Source: an uncultured Lachnospiraceae bacterium (GTDB taxonomy: Bacteria > Bacillota > Clostridia > Lachnospirales > Lachnospiraceae). Taken from it: a stretch of 64,000 nt of DNA. The position numbers and the translations under genes were made by a program. A model generated the notes under the pieces. The model was not told the DNA's origin. It did not search any database and was given only the letters and a program-made list of their open reading frames with translations. Each line of letters starts with the position of its first letter. The first letter of the stretch is position 1. Below, piece by piece: positions 52,912-60,993 of this stretch. Where the stretch lies: positions 4,743-68,742 of the forward strand of contig CANSTU010000009.1 in NCBI GenBank assembly GCA_947650005.1, read 5' to 3'.

Positions 52912-54098
52912 CTCACATAATTGTCAAAATATCCCTGAATCAGGATCACCGGCGTTCCCTTATCCCCAGATCCGCTGGTTAAATCGCACAGGGAACCGAT
53001 CAGATCCGTAAGCCTTCTGGGCGTCGTACCCTGGGAAGCCATATCTCCCACCAGGTTATCCTTCTTCTCCCGAATACGTCCCTTGATCGCTTCCTTTAAC
53101 GCTTCTCCGGATAGATCCTTGAAATCGTTATCCGCCAGATATTTCAATTTTACTTCATTAGGCGTTCCCGCAAGGCCGGGCGTACTGGCCGGGGATACGC
53201 AAGGATCAGCAAGCTCCCAGATCTTCCCGACCGGATCCTTGAAGGCTCCGTCACCGTATACCATCGCTTCCACATGCTTTCCTGTCCTATTGAGGATTTC
53301 CTTCTGAATATCCATCACCAGATCCGTACATTCCCTGGGGAACAGCTTAACCGTATCCTCCGTAGACTTGTTGGAGCCCAGCAGCCCATATGCCTCATTG
53401 CAGCCGCTTCCTTTAACAGGGCTCGTAAGGATGTCGTCCATCCCCATTACGATTTCAGCCCCTGCCTCCTTTAACAGCCTCTTGGTGCGCTGCCTCGTAT
53501 GAATGTCACAATTGAGCACTTTCTTGGCATAGGGCAGAATGCTGCGGCAGTCATTGGCAAAGATAATTTCCACCTCAGCCCCTGCTTCCCGGATCAGATC
53601 TCCATAGTAGGCTACATAATCCACCCCTGTGAAAGGATGCCTGTTTTCCCCGAACAGCTCCCGATATTTCTCCAGGCTGAGCACATCGCTGTAAGGATTG
53701 ACTCCTGCTTCATCCAGTTTATCCAAGGACACCAGCTCGTTCCCCACCTCGTCGCTGGGGTAGCTCAACATGAGAACCACCTTTTTCGCACCCATAGCGA
53801 TTCCCCTTAAGCAGATAGCAAAACGGTTTCTGGACAGAATCGGAAAGATCACGCCGATGGTTTCCCCGCCCAGCTTTGAGCGCACATCCTCTGCGATCGC
53901 TTCCACAGACGCATAGTTTCCCTGGGCTCTTGCCACCACGGATTCCGTCACTGCAACCACATCCCTGTCGCGGAGCTTAAATCCTTCCTCTTTTGCAGCA
54001 TCAAGGACGCTGTCCGTCACAATTTTAACCAGGTCATCGCCTTCCCTGATGATGGGACAGCGGATTCCTCTCGATATAGTTCCAACTTTTCTCTCCAT
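52908..54098 (-). CDS. CofE-like (F420-0:gamma-glutamyl ligase family) protein
   Basis: 396 aa. The N-terminus RGIRCPIIREGDDLVKIV...LRDRDVVAVTESVVARAQGN resembles the CofE-family fold, followed by an extended C-terminal half. Confidence 0.7.
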   Translation of the reverse strand: MERKVGTISRGIRCPIIREGDDLVKIVTDSVLDAAKEEGFKLRDRDVVAVTESVVARAQGNYASVEAIAEDVRSKLGGETIGVIFPILSRNRFAICLRGIAMGAKKVVLMLSYPSDEVGNELVSLDKLDEAGVNPYSDVLSLEKYRELFGENRHPFTGVDYVAYYGDLIREAGAEVEIIFANDCRSILPYAKKVLNCDIHTRQRTKRLLKEAGAEIVMGMDDILTSPVKGSGCNEAYGLLGSNKSTEDTVKLFPRECTDLVMDIQKEILNRTGKHVEAMVYGDGAFKDPVGKIWELADPCVSPASTPGLAGTPNEVKLKYLADNDFKDLSGEALKEAIKGRIREKKDNLVGDMASQGTTPRRLTDLIGSLCDLTSGSGDKGTPVILIQGYFDNYVS

Positions 54099-54329
54099 AT
54101 TCCTTTTCTCTCCTGACGTATTTCATAGGACGCCGGGATCCGCTATCCGTCTGCGGCAGCGCCTTTTTTATTATAATACAAACCCCACGAAAACAAAAGG
54201 ATTTTTCCGCGAAAATACATGTCCCCTTTCGTTTTGTGCATCGGTTTAGGCGCTTTCATAGAGCAAAAGGGGAGGGGAGAGGGGAGAGATGGCGTCCTCC
54301 CCTCCAATACCTACGGGCTATCTAAGCTG

Positions 54330-54710
54330 TTACCGCCCCGTCTTCACATAAATATCCACGTCAGGGGTTTCCCACTTTTTTCTCTGTTCAGCCAGTTTCT
54401 TGGCCAAGTCGAGGGCTGAGTCCTCTTCTTCGCCCTGGCGGAGGCGCTCTGTCTTGGCCGCCTGGAGTTTGTCAGATACCTCGGCGAGTTTTTCTTCCAT
54501 TTTTTCCAGTTTCTTGGCAGACATATCGCCGGTATCCGAGCTCGTGCTCTTCATCAGCAGCATTTCATCCTGTAATTGCTGCCGTTTCATCTGCAGGTCT
54601 TTTACCCTGTCCGTACCAGCATTTTGTTTTCCTGGAAGGTGTCCTGCTCCTAAGTTTCTGTTCCATTTCATCATGGGTATTCCGTAACCGGATCCAATCT
54701 GCATCGACAT
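54330..54710 (-). CDS. Small coiled-coil protein, FlxA-like
   Basis: 126 aa with AAGGAGG upstream. The central region DLQMKRQQLQDEMLLMKSTSSDTGDMSAKKLEKMEEKLAEVSDKLQAAK is heptad-like. Confidence 0.45.
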   Translation of the reverse strand: MSMQIGSGYGIPMMKWNRNLGAGHLPGKQNAGTDRVKDLQMKRQQLQDEMLLMKSTSSDTGDMSAKKLEKMEEKLAEVSDKLQAAKTERLRQGEEEDSALDLAKKLAEQRKKWETPDVDIYVKTGR

Positions 54711-54790
54711 TTCAAATACCTCCTTTTCGATAGTAGGGTTTCATTGGATATACTCTTACTTCGGATGAAATGAAATGCAGAATACCCCGA

Positions 54791-56110
54791 TTACGTGAAC
54801 GGTTCTTTGGGCTGCGTAAACGTGTCTTCCCTCTTGAGAGAGCAGAGAAGTACCGTAGTCCGAAACTGTTTTCCGTCGCAGGATATTTCCATAGCGCCTT
54901 GGTATTTTTGTGCGATCTTTTGTATATTTGAAAGACCTATGCCGATTTCTATAGGTTCTGTGGAGGAAGATGAATTGACCGCTTCGATTATTAGAAAGCG
55001 GGATCTGTTTTTCGTCGCCAGGGAAAGGAGACTGTTTTCCCCGTATGCTTTCATACAGGAATGAATCGCATTGTCCATGATATTTGCAAAAATGACGCAC
55101 AGATCCAGGTCATCTCCATGGAAAGAGGAGGGAATCTGTACATGGCAAACTACCTCGATCCCGTTTCTTTCTGCATAATTTATTTTTTCTTTTAATAAGA
55201 GATCCAGCGCAACGTTGCCGGTGGATACGGGCGGCAGCAAATGGATGCAGCTACTATACAGCTTTTTTGCATATTTCTCTGCCTCCGTATAATTTTTCTC
55301 CCGCAGCATGCCCGACAATACCAGCAGGTGATTGTCTATGTCATGTTGGAATGAAGCATATTGCTCATTCCGTTTCCTCGCCTCCTCTATATAAATCCGC
55401 GATCCCTCCACCTGCTCCCGCAGCAGGGCGGCAGTCCGTTCATTCTCAGCCAGAGATAGAATCCGGCAGAGAACCTCCAACATCAGGAAAAAAAGCAGGA
55501 CAGACGATGTCATGAGAAAAAGCGCATAGAGGCTTGTCCGAACGCCAAAGGAAGAAAGGAATTCTTCAAAGGCCAGGCTGTCAAGTCTCAGCCCATATCT
55601 GATTGCCAAGATCAAAAGGGCGCAGGGCATCAACAGGATATACAGATAAGAGGACAGGGGTTGGCGCATCGTAAATAAGTATCTTTTCCGGATCAAACGC
55701 AGGCAAAGAAAGAATGCAAGATCCAAAAGGACAGATACCATCAACTGGATAATGGTTCCAAAAACCGCAGATCCAACATGCTTGGAGACCCAGGACATGA
55801 GGATCGCGGAAAATCCTTCTATGAACGTATACAGAGTGAACAGGATCGTCAAAGGAGCCGCCAGCTTACTCCATTTCACCGCTAGAAATATCTTAGAAAA
55901 AAAGAGAAGACACAAAATATCGAGCAGAAACATGCCCGGAAGCCGGAAATAAACGGACAAAATGATCAAAATTGCATTGCCGGTCATCCATATAAAGACA
56001 TGCCATTTTGCGCGTCTTGTGCCGGCTGCATCCAGCAGGAAATCCAGGGCAAGATAGTAAACCAACCCATCGGCCAAGAGCCACCAAACATAAAAAAAGA
56101 GATTCCTCAT
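54791..56110 (-). CDS. GHKL-type sensor histidine kinase of the AgrC/LytS-like (HPK10) class
   Basis: The N-terminal ~200 aa contains 6-7 TM helices. The C-terminus FQHDIDNHLLVL...NIMDNAIHS...GIGLSNIQKIAQKY is typical of the SpoOB-type/HATPase_c_5 kinases that pair with LytTR regulators. It shares an ATGA overlap with the regulator gene. Confidence 0.8.
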   Translation of the reverse strand: MRNLFFYVWWLLADGLVYYLALDFLLDAAGTRRAKWHVFIWMTGNAILIILSVYFRLPGMFLLDILCLLFFSKIFLAVKWSKLAAPLTILFTLYTFIEGFSAILMSWVSKHVGSAVFGTIIQLMVSVLLDLAFFLCLRLIRKRYLFTMRQPLSSYLYILLMPCALLILAIRYGLRLDSLAFEEFLSSFGVRTSLYALFLMTSSVLLFFLMLEVLCRILSLAENERTAALLREQVEGSRIYIEEARKRNEQYASFQHDIDNHLLVLSGMLREKNYTEAEKYAKKLYSSCIHLLPPVSTGNVALDLLLKEKINYAERNGIEVVCHVQIPSSFHGDDLDLCVIFANIMDNAIHSCMKAYGENSLLSLATKNRSRFLIIEAVNSSSSTEPIEIGIGLSNIQKIAQKYQGAMEISCDGKQFRTTVLLCSLKREDTFTQPKEPFT

Positions 56111-56820
56111 AACCTAAGGCCTCCCATCCTGCATGCCTGCAGCAACCTTTTGGTAAATTCCTGCTGCTTCCTGCGGGAAATCAGTACCCTTCCTCCGCCT
56201 GCCATGACCGCGTAGCCTTCTTCCTTATCCGTCACGTAATCCAAATTCACCAGGTAGCTCCTGTGGCAGTGAAAGAAACGTCCGTCCATCTTTTTCTCCA
56301 GCGAATCCAGCGTGCCGTTCGTCTCATATTTTTCCGTCATGGTATGGATAAAAAGGCGATGGTCGTATACTTCGCAGTAGAGAATATCCCTGAGAAATAT
56401 CCTTCTCATGCTGCCGCCGTTTGTTAACAGATATGTCTTTTCATCGCCGCAGGAAATGCGTTTGATCGCTTTATCCAGGGCCGCATTCAGCTTTTCACAG
56501 CTCACTGGCTTGAGAAGATAATGAACCGCATCCATGTCAAACGCCTGAAACACATACTCTGGCCATGCCGTGATGAAAATGATTTGGCAGCGTTCGCCAA
56601 AAGCCCGCAGCTTTTGGGCAATATCCATTCCGCTTTTACCGGGAAGCTTAACATCCATCAGGATGATATCCATTCTTTGATGCTGTTCCAATAGTTCCTC
56701 ACCGCTCGTATAAATCCGAATAGATGCGTCCAGCCCTTCCCGGATTAAAAAGGATTCCGCCTTTTTCTTCAAATCAGCGGCAAACCAGGATTCATCTTCG
56801 CATATCGCCAAGGCCAACAT
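56107..56820 (-). CDS. LytR/AlgR-family response regulator (receiver plus LytTR DNA-binding domain)
   Basis: Receiver: MDIILMDVKLPGKSGMD. LytTR: IFLRDILYCEVYDHRLFIHT...FFHCHRSYLVNLDYV. Confidence 0.9.
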   Translation of the reverse strand: MLALAICEDESWFAADLKKKAESFLIREGLDASIRIYTSGEELLEQHQRMDIILMDVKLPGKSGMDIAQKLRAFGERCQIIFITAWPEYVFQAFDMDAVHYLLKPVSCEKLNAALDKAIKRISCGDEKTYLLTNGGSMRRIFLRDILYCEVYDHRLFIHTMTEKYETNGTLDSLEKKMDGRFFHCHRSYLVNLDYVTDKEEGYAVMAGGGRVLISRRKQQEFTKRLLQACRMGGLRL

Positions 56821-56885
56821 TTCACACTCTCTCCGATCTGAAACCGGCAGATGCCGTTTTGGCAGCTGCCCTTCCCTATTGCCCT

Positions 56886-56938
56886 ATTATATCCGTTTTT
56901 CCTCCTTTGACCAGTTTCTTTTTCGTAAACGGCAGTTT
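56886..56938 (-). promoter_or_regulatory. Candidate LytTR-box promoter: two 9-bp direct repeats 12 bp apart, then TATAAT
   Basis: On the minus strand: AAACTGCCG (56938-56930), a 12-nt spacer, AAACTGGTC (56917-56909), 17 nt, then TATAAT (56891-56886). It ends about 65 nt upstream of the regulator ATG. Confidence 0.45.
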
Positions 56939-56980
56939 TTTCTGCGTGAATAAAGGTTTTTCCAACCGTAGAACGCTTCC

Positions 56981-59023
56981 TTACGGGGCGGCCGAATCCG
57001 CATCATCCAGGCCCGCATACCGCACCGTCTTTCCATCCGCCAGCTCGCGCGTGGAGGAAATCACCACTTCGCTTTCCGGATCCAGGCTCCCTTCTTCTAT
57101 GGCCACATATCTGCTGTTCTCATCCAGCACGCGGACGGCGGTCCTGAATACCACGAGCTCCTCTCCCAGGATCCCCTGCTGCCGATGCACCACGTAGCAA
57201 TAATCTCTATCGTTTTCTCGATGGACGGCTGTTGCAGGTATGATTGCGGAGTAGCTTCCCGACTGGCTGGAAGCCGTCAGCACGGCGCGCATGCCGATGG
57301 TTCCCACACCCTCCGGCAGGTAGATCACCGCCTCATAGCTTCCCGGTGCAGACGCGTTTTCCTCCAAATAGCCGATTTCCGCCTGGATCTGGGTTCCCGT
57401 ATTTCCCAATTTCAGGCTGACTGAATCCCCGGTTCCCACGTATTTGGCCTGCTCTTTGGACAAGACGGCGCGAAAGCAAAAGCTTTCATCCAGCCGGGCC
57501 AGCTTTAGTGCAGCATGTTCGGTAAGCGGGTCGCCCGAAGAAATTCCGATCTCGGTCACGATTCCGGCTTCCCCACTGTAGATACGCCCCTGCGCAGACT
57601 CCAGCGCTCTATATTTATCTAAGATTTCTCTGCGAAAAGACAACTCCATTTCGTTGATTCGGATCTGCAGACTGATCTGGCCGGGCAACATGGCATCCTC
57701 CACCCTGCGTTTGGCCTCCAGCATGGCATCCAGCTTATCCCATATGCTGTCTTCTTTTGCCGTTTGTGCATCCTCCAGAGCGTCTTCCAAGCTCTCCTTT
57801 GTATTTTCCCAGCTTGTACGCGCAGCATCCTCACTGGAAAAATCCGGCTTTAGACGCTCTTCCAACCCCCTATCCTCCAAAGCCCGCTCCAGTTTTCGCA
57901 CCCTTTCCTGGGCTTCCTGCCTTCGGGAAGAGGCCCAGGCAGCGGCTTCTTCCAGTTGTTTCAATGTCTCGTCCGAACCGGGGGATTCCTCTTCCTCTCC
58001 ATCTGCTGCCGGTTCTTTCTTTTCCGCATCTGTTTGCGTTTCGATTTGCGTTTGTATGTCTTCTTCCGTTTCCATGTCCGTATCCGGAACCCTTTCTGCT
58101 TCTAATTCCCCCTCCATGTCTTCTTTCGTTTCCTCCTCTAGCCCCCCTGCCTCCTCCTCATCCCTTTCTCCAATGGATGCTTCCCCAACGGTCAGTTCTC
58201 CGGCTGTCGTTTCCGGCTTTGCGCCCTCCTCCGCTGGCTTCTGATCTGTTTCCGCCTTTCCTTCCTCGGCCGTTTCCGTCCTTTCTTCTCCGTCCGTCCC
58301 TTCCCCCTCTTCTCCGCTCTCTTCCAGCTGTCTTTGATATTCCTCCAACGCGACTTTGGCCGCTTCCTCCTCCTGTAAGGCTTGTTCCTGTTCATCCTGT
58401 GCCTTCAACAACTGCTTTTGCAGTTCTATTCGTTCCTCCCGCCAGATCTCATATTCCTGCTCCCTTTCCTTTCGCTCCTCCTCGGGCGTCACGGAAGGTT
58501 CCTCCGCCTCATGCTCTCTCAAATCCTCCTCCACCCGTTCCACCCTTTGTTCTGCCTGTGCGATCTTCCTCTCCTCTTGTGTATCCGTTAAAGCATAATC
58601 CTCCAGGGAACGGTTCTGCGCCAAAAGCTCCTTCTGCTTTTCTAACTCCTGCGTCTGTCTCAGCTGTTGTATTTCCAACTCCAGCTTTCCCACCGCCAGT
58701 TCCTGCTGTGCGATCTCTTCTGCCAGCTGCTCTTGATCCACGTCAAATAGAAGCGTATTCTCCGACACGCTCTCCCCCTGCCTCACATAAATCCGCTCCA
58801 CCTTGAGCCCAGGGATGGCGCTCACCGCGCTTTCCCCGCCGGCCTCTATGTACCCTTCTGCCTCCACCACATGCCCAATTGTGCCTTTCTGCAGGGCTGC
58901 TGTTTCCACACAGGGAAGTTGATGGGCATAAATCCCTTTTGAGATCACCGTACAAGCCGCCATTATACCCGCAAAACCCGTCAATGCCGCCAATATTCTC
59001 TTTTTTGCTCCCAATATTCCCAT
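56981..59023 (-). CDS. HlyD/efflux-adaptor-like membrane fusion protein with a very long acidic coiled-coil insert
   Basis: I start it at MGILGAKKRILAALTGFAGIMAACTV (ATG 59023); the track ATG 59131 is also possible. The lipoyl-like halves are GHVVEAEGYIEAG...IPGLKVERIYVRQGESVSENTLLFDVD and SGEAGIVTEIGISSGDPL. The C-terminal beta-barrel/MP region is RAVLTASSQSGSYSAIIPATAVH. Confidence 0.65.
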   Translation of the reverse strand: MGILGAKKRILAALTGFAGIMAACTVISKGIYAHQLPCVETAALQKGTIGHVVEAEGYIEAGGESAVSAIPGLKVERIYVRQGESVSENTLLFDVDQEQLAEEIAQQELAVGKLELEIQQLRQTQELEKQKELLAQNRSLEDYALTDTQEERKIAQAEQRVERVEEDLREHEAEEPSVTPEEERKEREQEYEIWREERIELQKQLLKAQDEQEQALQEEEAAKVALEEYQRQLEESGEEGEGTDGEERTETAEEGKAETDQKPAEEGAKPETTAGELTVGEASIGERDEEEAGGLEEETKEDMEGELEAERVPDTDMETEEDIQTQIETQTDAEKKEPAADGEEEESPGSDETLKQLEEAAAWASSRRQEAQERVRKLERALEDRGLEERLKPDFSSEDAARTSWENTKESLEDALEDAQTAKEDSIWDKLDAMLEAKRRVEDAMLPGQISLQIRINEMELSFRREILDKYRALESAQGRIYSGEAGIVTEIGISSGDPLTEHAALKLARLDESFCFRAVLSKEQAKYVGTGDSVSLKLGNTGTQIQAEIGYLEENASAPGSYEAVIYLPEGVGTIGMRAVLTASSQSGSYSAIIPATAVHRENDRDYCYVVHRQQGILGEELVVFRTAVRVLDENSRYVAIEEGSLDPESEVVISSTRELADGKTVRYAGLDDADSAAP

Positions 59024-59186
59024 TTGTACATCGCTCCCGTCTGTCCGCTTAGGCGGACGCTCCTCTCCATTCCTTTCCATGCCCAGCCGGTATCCTGCAA
59101 AGGAAACGGACAGCCTCCGCGCTCTTTCCATCCCTCCGTGCCATAGAGAAAAATCCGCTTCTCCGAAGGGTTGTAAAAAATATCTC

Positions 59187-60107
59187 TCACTCCTTTAATC
59201 CGCTCATGGTTATCCCCTGCTCCAAATAATCCTGTCCCAATAAAAAAAGGAATACGGCTGGCAGGATCGTAATCACACTGGCCGCAAAGGCAAACCCGGA
59301 CTGCTTTAGTCCGATCTGCGGTAGGTAGAGGGAAAGGGGCCACAAAGACCGATTCTGAATAAAGCAAAGCGGCTGTTCTACCATACTCCAATAGTCCAAA
59401 AAGCCTAATACCAAAGCCGAAAGGATCATCGGAGCGCCAAGCGGAAGCCCCAAGTATACAAAGCACTGCCATTCCTCCGCCCCATCCATCCTGCCCGCCT
59501 CCAGCAAGGCCACAGGAATTCCGGCAAATCCCCGATATATGAGAAAAACGGGAAAGGTAGAAAATACCGCCGGCAGGATCACTGCCGCCTGTGTATCCAT
59601 CAGCCCCAGCCTGTCCAGTACCAGATAAGAAGGTAGCATGGTCACCTGAAAGGGCAGAAGCATCAGTACCACATACAATGAAAACAGGACGCCGCGCAGC
59701 CGGAACGGATAGACCGCAAAGGCCCAGGCGGCTGGAACAGCCACCAGCATCTGCCCTGCCAATATCAGTCCGGTAATCTTTACGGAATTCCAGAAGAGCA
59801 CAAAAAACTGGGGCGACAAAAACAGAAGCTTCCCATAGGAAGCTGCCGTAGGATAATCCGGCAGCAGACGCCAGGAAAGAAAGCCTTCTCCCTCGTAAAA
59901 AATAGGAGAAAGCGCTTGCCCAAGCTCCATGGAATCCGTAATGGATCCTGTCAAAAGCAGCGCCACCGGAGAACAGACCGCCAAACCGCACAGCACAAGC
60001 ATGCCCTGGAGCAGCATCCCACCGACGCGGCCCATCATGCGCCGGACAAACCAAATTCTCTCACTTCTGTCTCTGCCGCATGTAAAACCCTTCCGTCTAT
60101 TTTTCAT
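59187..60107 (-). CDS. Carbohydrate-type ABC transporter permease (MalG/BPD_transp_1)
   Basis: ATG 60107 has GGGAGG upstream and overlaps the upstream permease's 3' end by 11 nt. EAA-loop-like ALLEAGRMDGAEEWQCFVYLGLPL is present. Confidence 0.85.
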   Translation of the reverse strand: MKNRRKGFTCGRDRSERIWFVRRMMGRVGGMLLQGMLVLCGLAVCSPVALLLTGSITDSMELGQALSPIFYEGEGFLSWRLLPDYPTAASYGKLLFLSPQFFVLFWNSVKITGLILAGQMLVAVPAAWAFAVYPFRLRGVLFSLYVVLMLLPFQVTMLPSYLVLDRLGLMDTQAAVILPAVFSTFPVFLIYRGFAGIPVALLEAGRMDGAEEWQCFVYLGLPLGAPMILSALVLGFLDYWSMVEQPLCFIQNRSLWPLSLYLPQIGLKQSGFAFAASVITILPAVFLFLLGQDYLEQGITMSGLKE

Positions 60108-60993
60108 GGGAACCTCCCACACCCTCCTTTTCCCAAATCCTCTGCAACAGCCAAATAAACGCAAAAAGCGTTCCGCCCATTATAACCGCCGCAGCCGCCA
60201 TCCGGTCATATTCCAAGTTTACAAACCAGTTGTTGAATAGGTGCTGAAGCAGATAGATGCTCTCATCCGGATAGGAACCGGCCACTAAATAGGCCTCCCG
60301 GAATACTTTGAAGCTGTTCAGAAAGGAAAGCACCGTAATCGTATAAAGCACGGGTTTCAAATTGGGCAGTTCAATAGAAAGAAAGCATTTGACTCTGCCG
60401 GCCCCATCCATCCTTGCAGCTTCTTTGATTGCCACAGGAACGGAGAGGATTCCTGCCAGCCAAAGCACCACTGTGTAGCCCAAATTTTTCCACACGTAGC
60501 TGAACACCAACACGTAAAAAGCAGTTTTGCTCCCCATATGCTCCGCCCGGTAAACAGTCCCGCTGCCCCAAACTCCGCTCGCCCATGTAAGAAATCCATT
60601 TAGAAATCCTCCGCCCGCAAAGGCCATCTTCCACACCAGTACAAGGCTGGCCCCGGGAATTGCCATGGGAAGCAGAAACAGGGTTTTCACAAAGCGGACG
60701 GCCGAGAATCGGGCCAGGCAGACCGCGATCAGCAGCCCTAACCCGATCAAAAGCGGCAGGCAGACTGCCACAAATCGAAGGGTATTGCGACAGGCCAGAC
60801 GGAAAGCCTCATTCTGGAATACCGCCCGATAATTTGAAATTCCCACATAGCCTTCTGTCATAGCGGTATAAAAGGATCTTTGGATCATCTCCGCTAAGGG
60901 TAGTATCAAAAACAGTGTCACCCCGCACAGGCTGGGCAGAGCAAACCAGACTGCCGCCTGGTTTGCGCGCCTCCTTTTTCCCCTTCTGCTCAT
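60097..60993 (-). CDS. Carbohydrate-type ABC transporter permease (MalF/BPD_transp_1)
   Basis: I start it at MSRRGKRRRANQAAVWFALPSL (ATG 60993), which shares an ATGA overlap with the binding-protein stop. EAA loop AIKEAARMDGAGRVKCFLSIELP is present. Confidence 0.85.
   Translation of the reverse strand: MSRRGKRRRANQAAVWFALPSLCGVTLFLILPLAEMIQRSFYTAMTEGYVGISNYRAVFQNEAFRLACRNTLRFVAVCLPLLIGLGLLIAVCLARFSAVRFVKTLFLLPMAIPGASLVLVWKMAFAGGGFLNGFLTWASGVWGSGTVYRAEHMGSKTAFYVLVFSYVWKNLGYTVVLWLAGILSVPVAIKEAARMDGAGRVKCFLSIELPNLKPVLYTITVLSFLNSFKVFREAYLVAGSYPDESIYLLQHLFNNWFVNLEYDRMAAAAVIMGGTLFAFIWLLQRIWEKEGVGGSHEK

Noticed and set aside
54330-56820. A complete agr-type quorum-sensing locus, suggested by the AgrC-like kinase and LytTR regulator.
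   Set aside because: No AgrB-like membrane protease or AgrD-like short precursor ORF lies next to the pair. The only small neighbouring gene is a 126-aa coiled-coil FlxA-like protein, which does not resemble an autoinducing-peptide precursor.
58981-60054. A 357-aa minus-strand ORF overlapping the MalG-type permease gene and the adaptor gene's 5' region.
   Set aside because: It is out of frame with the well-supported permease (EAA loop, TM pattern). It is rich in Gly/Arg/Ala, typical of off-frame ORFs in GC-rich coding DNA, and has no start context.
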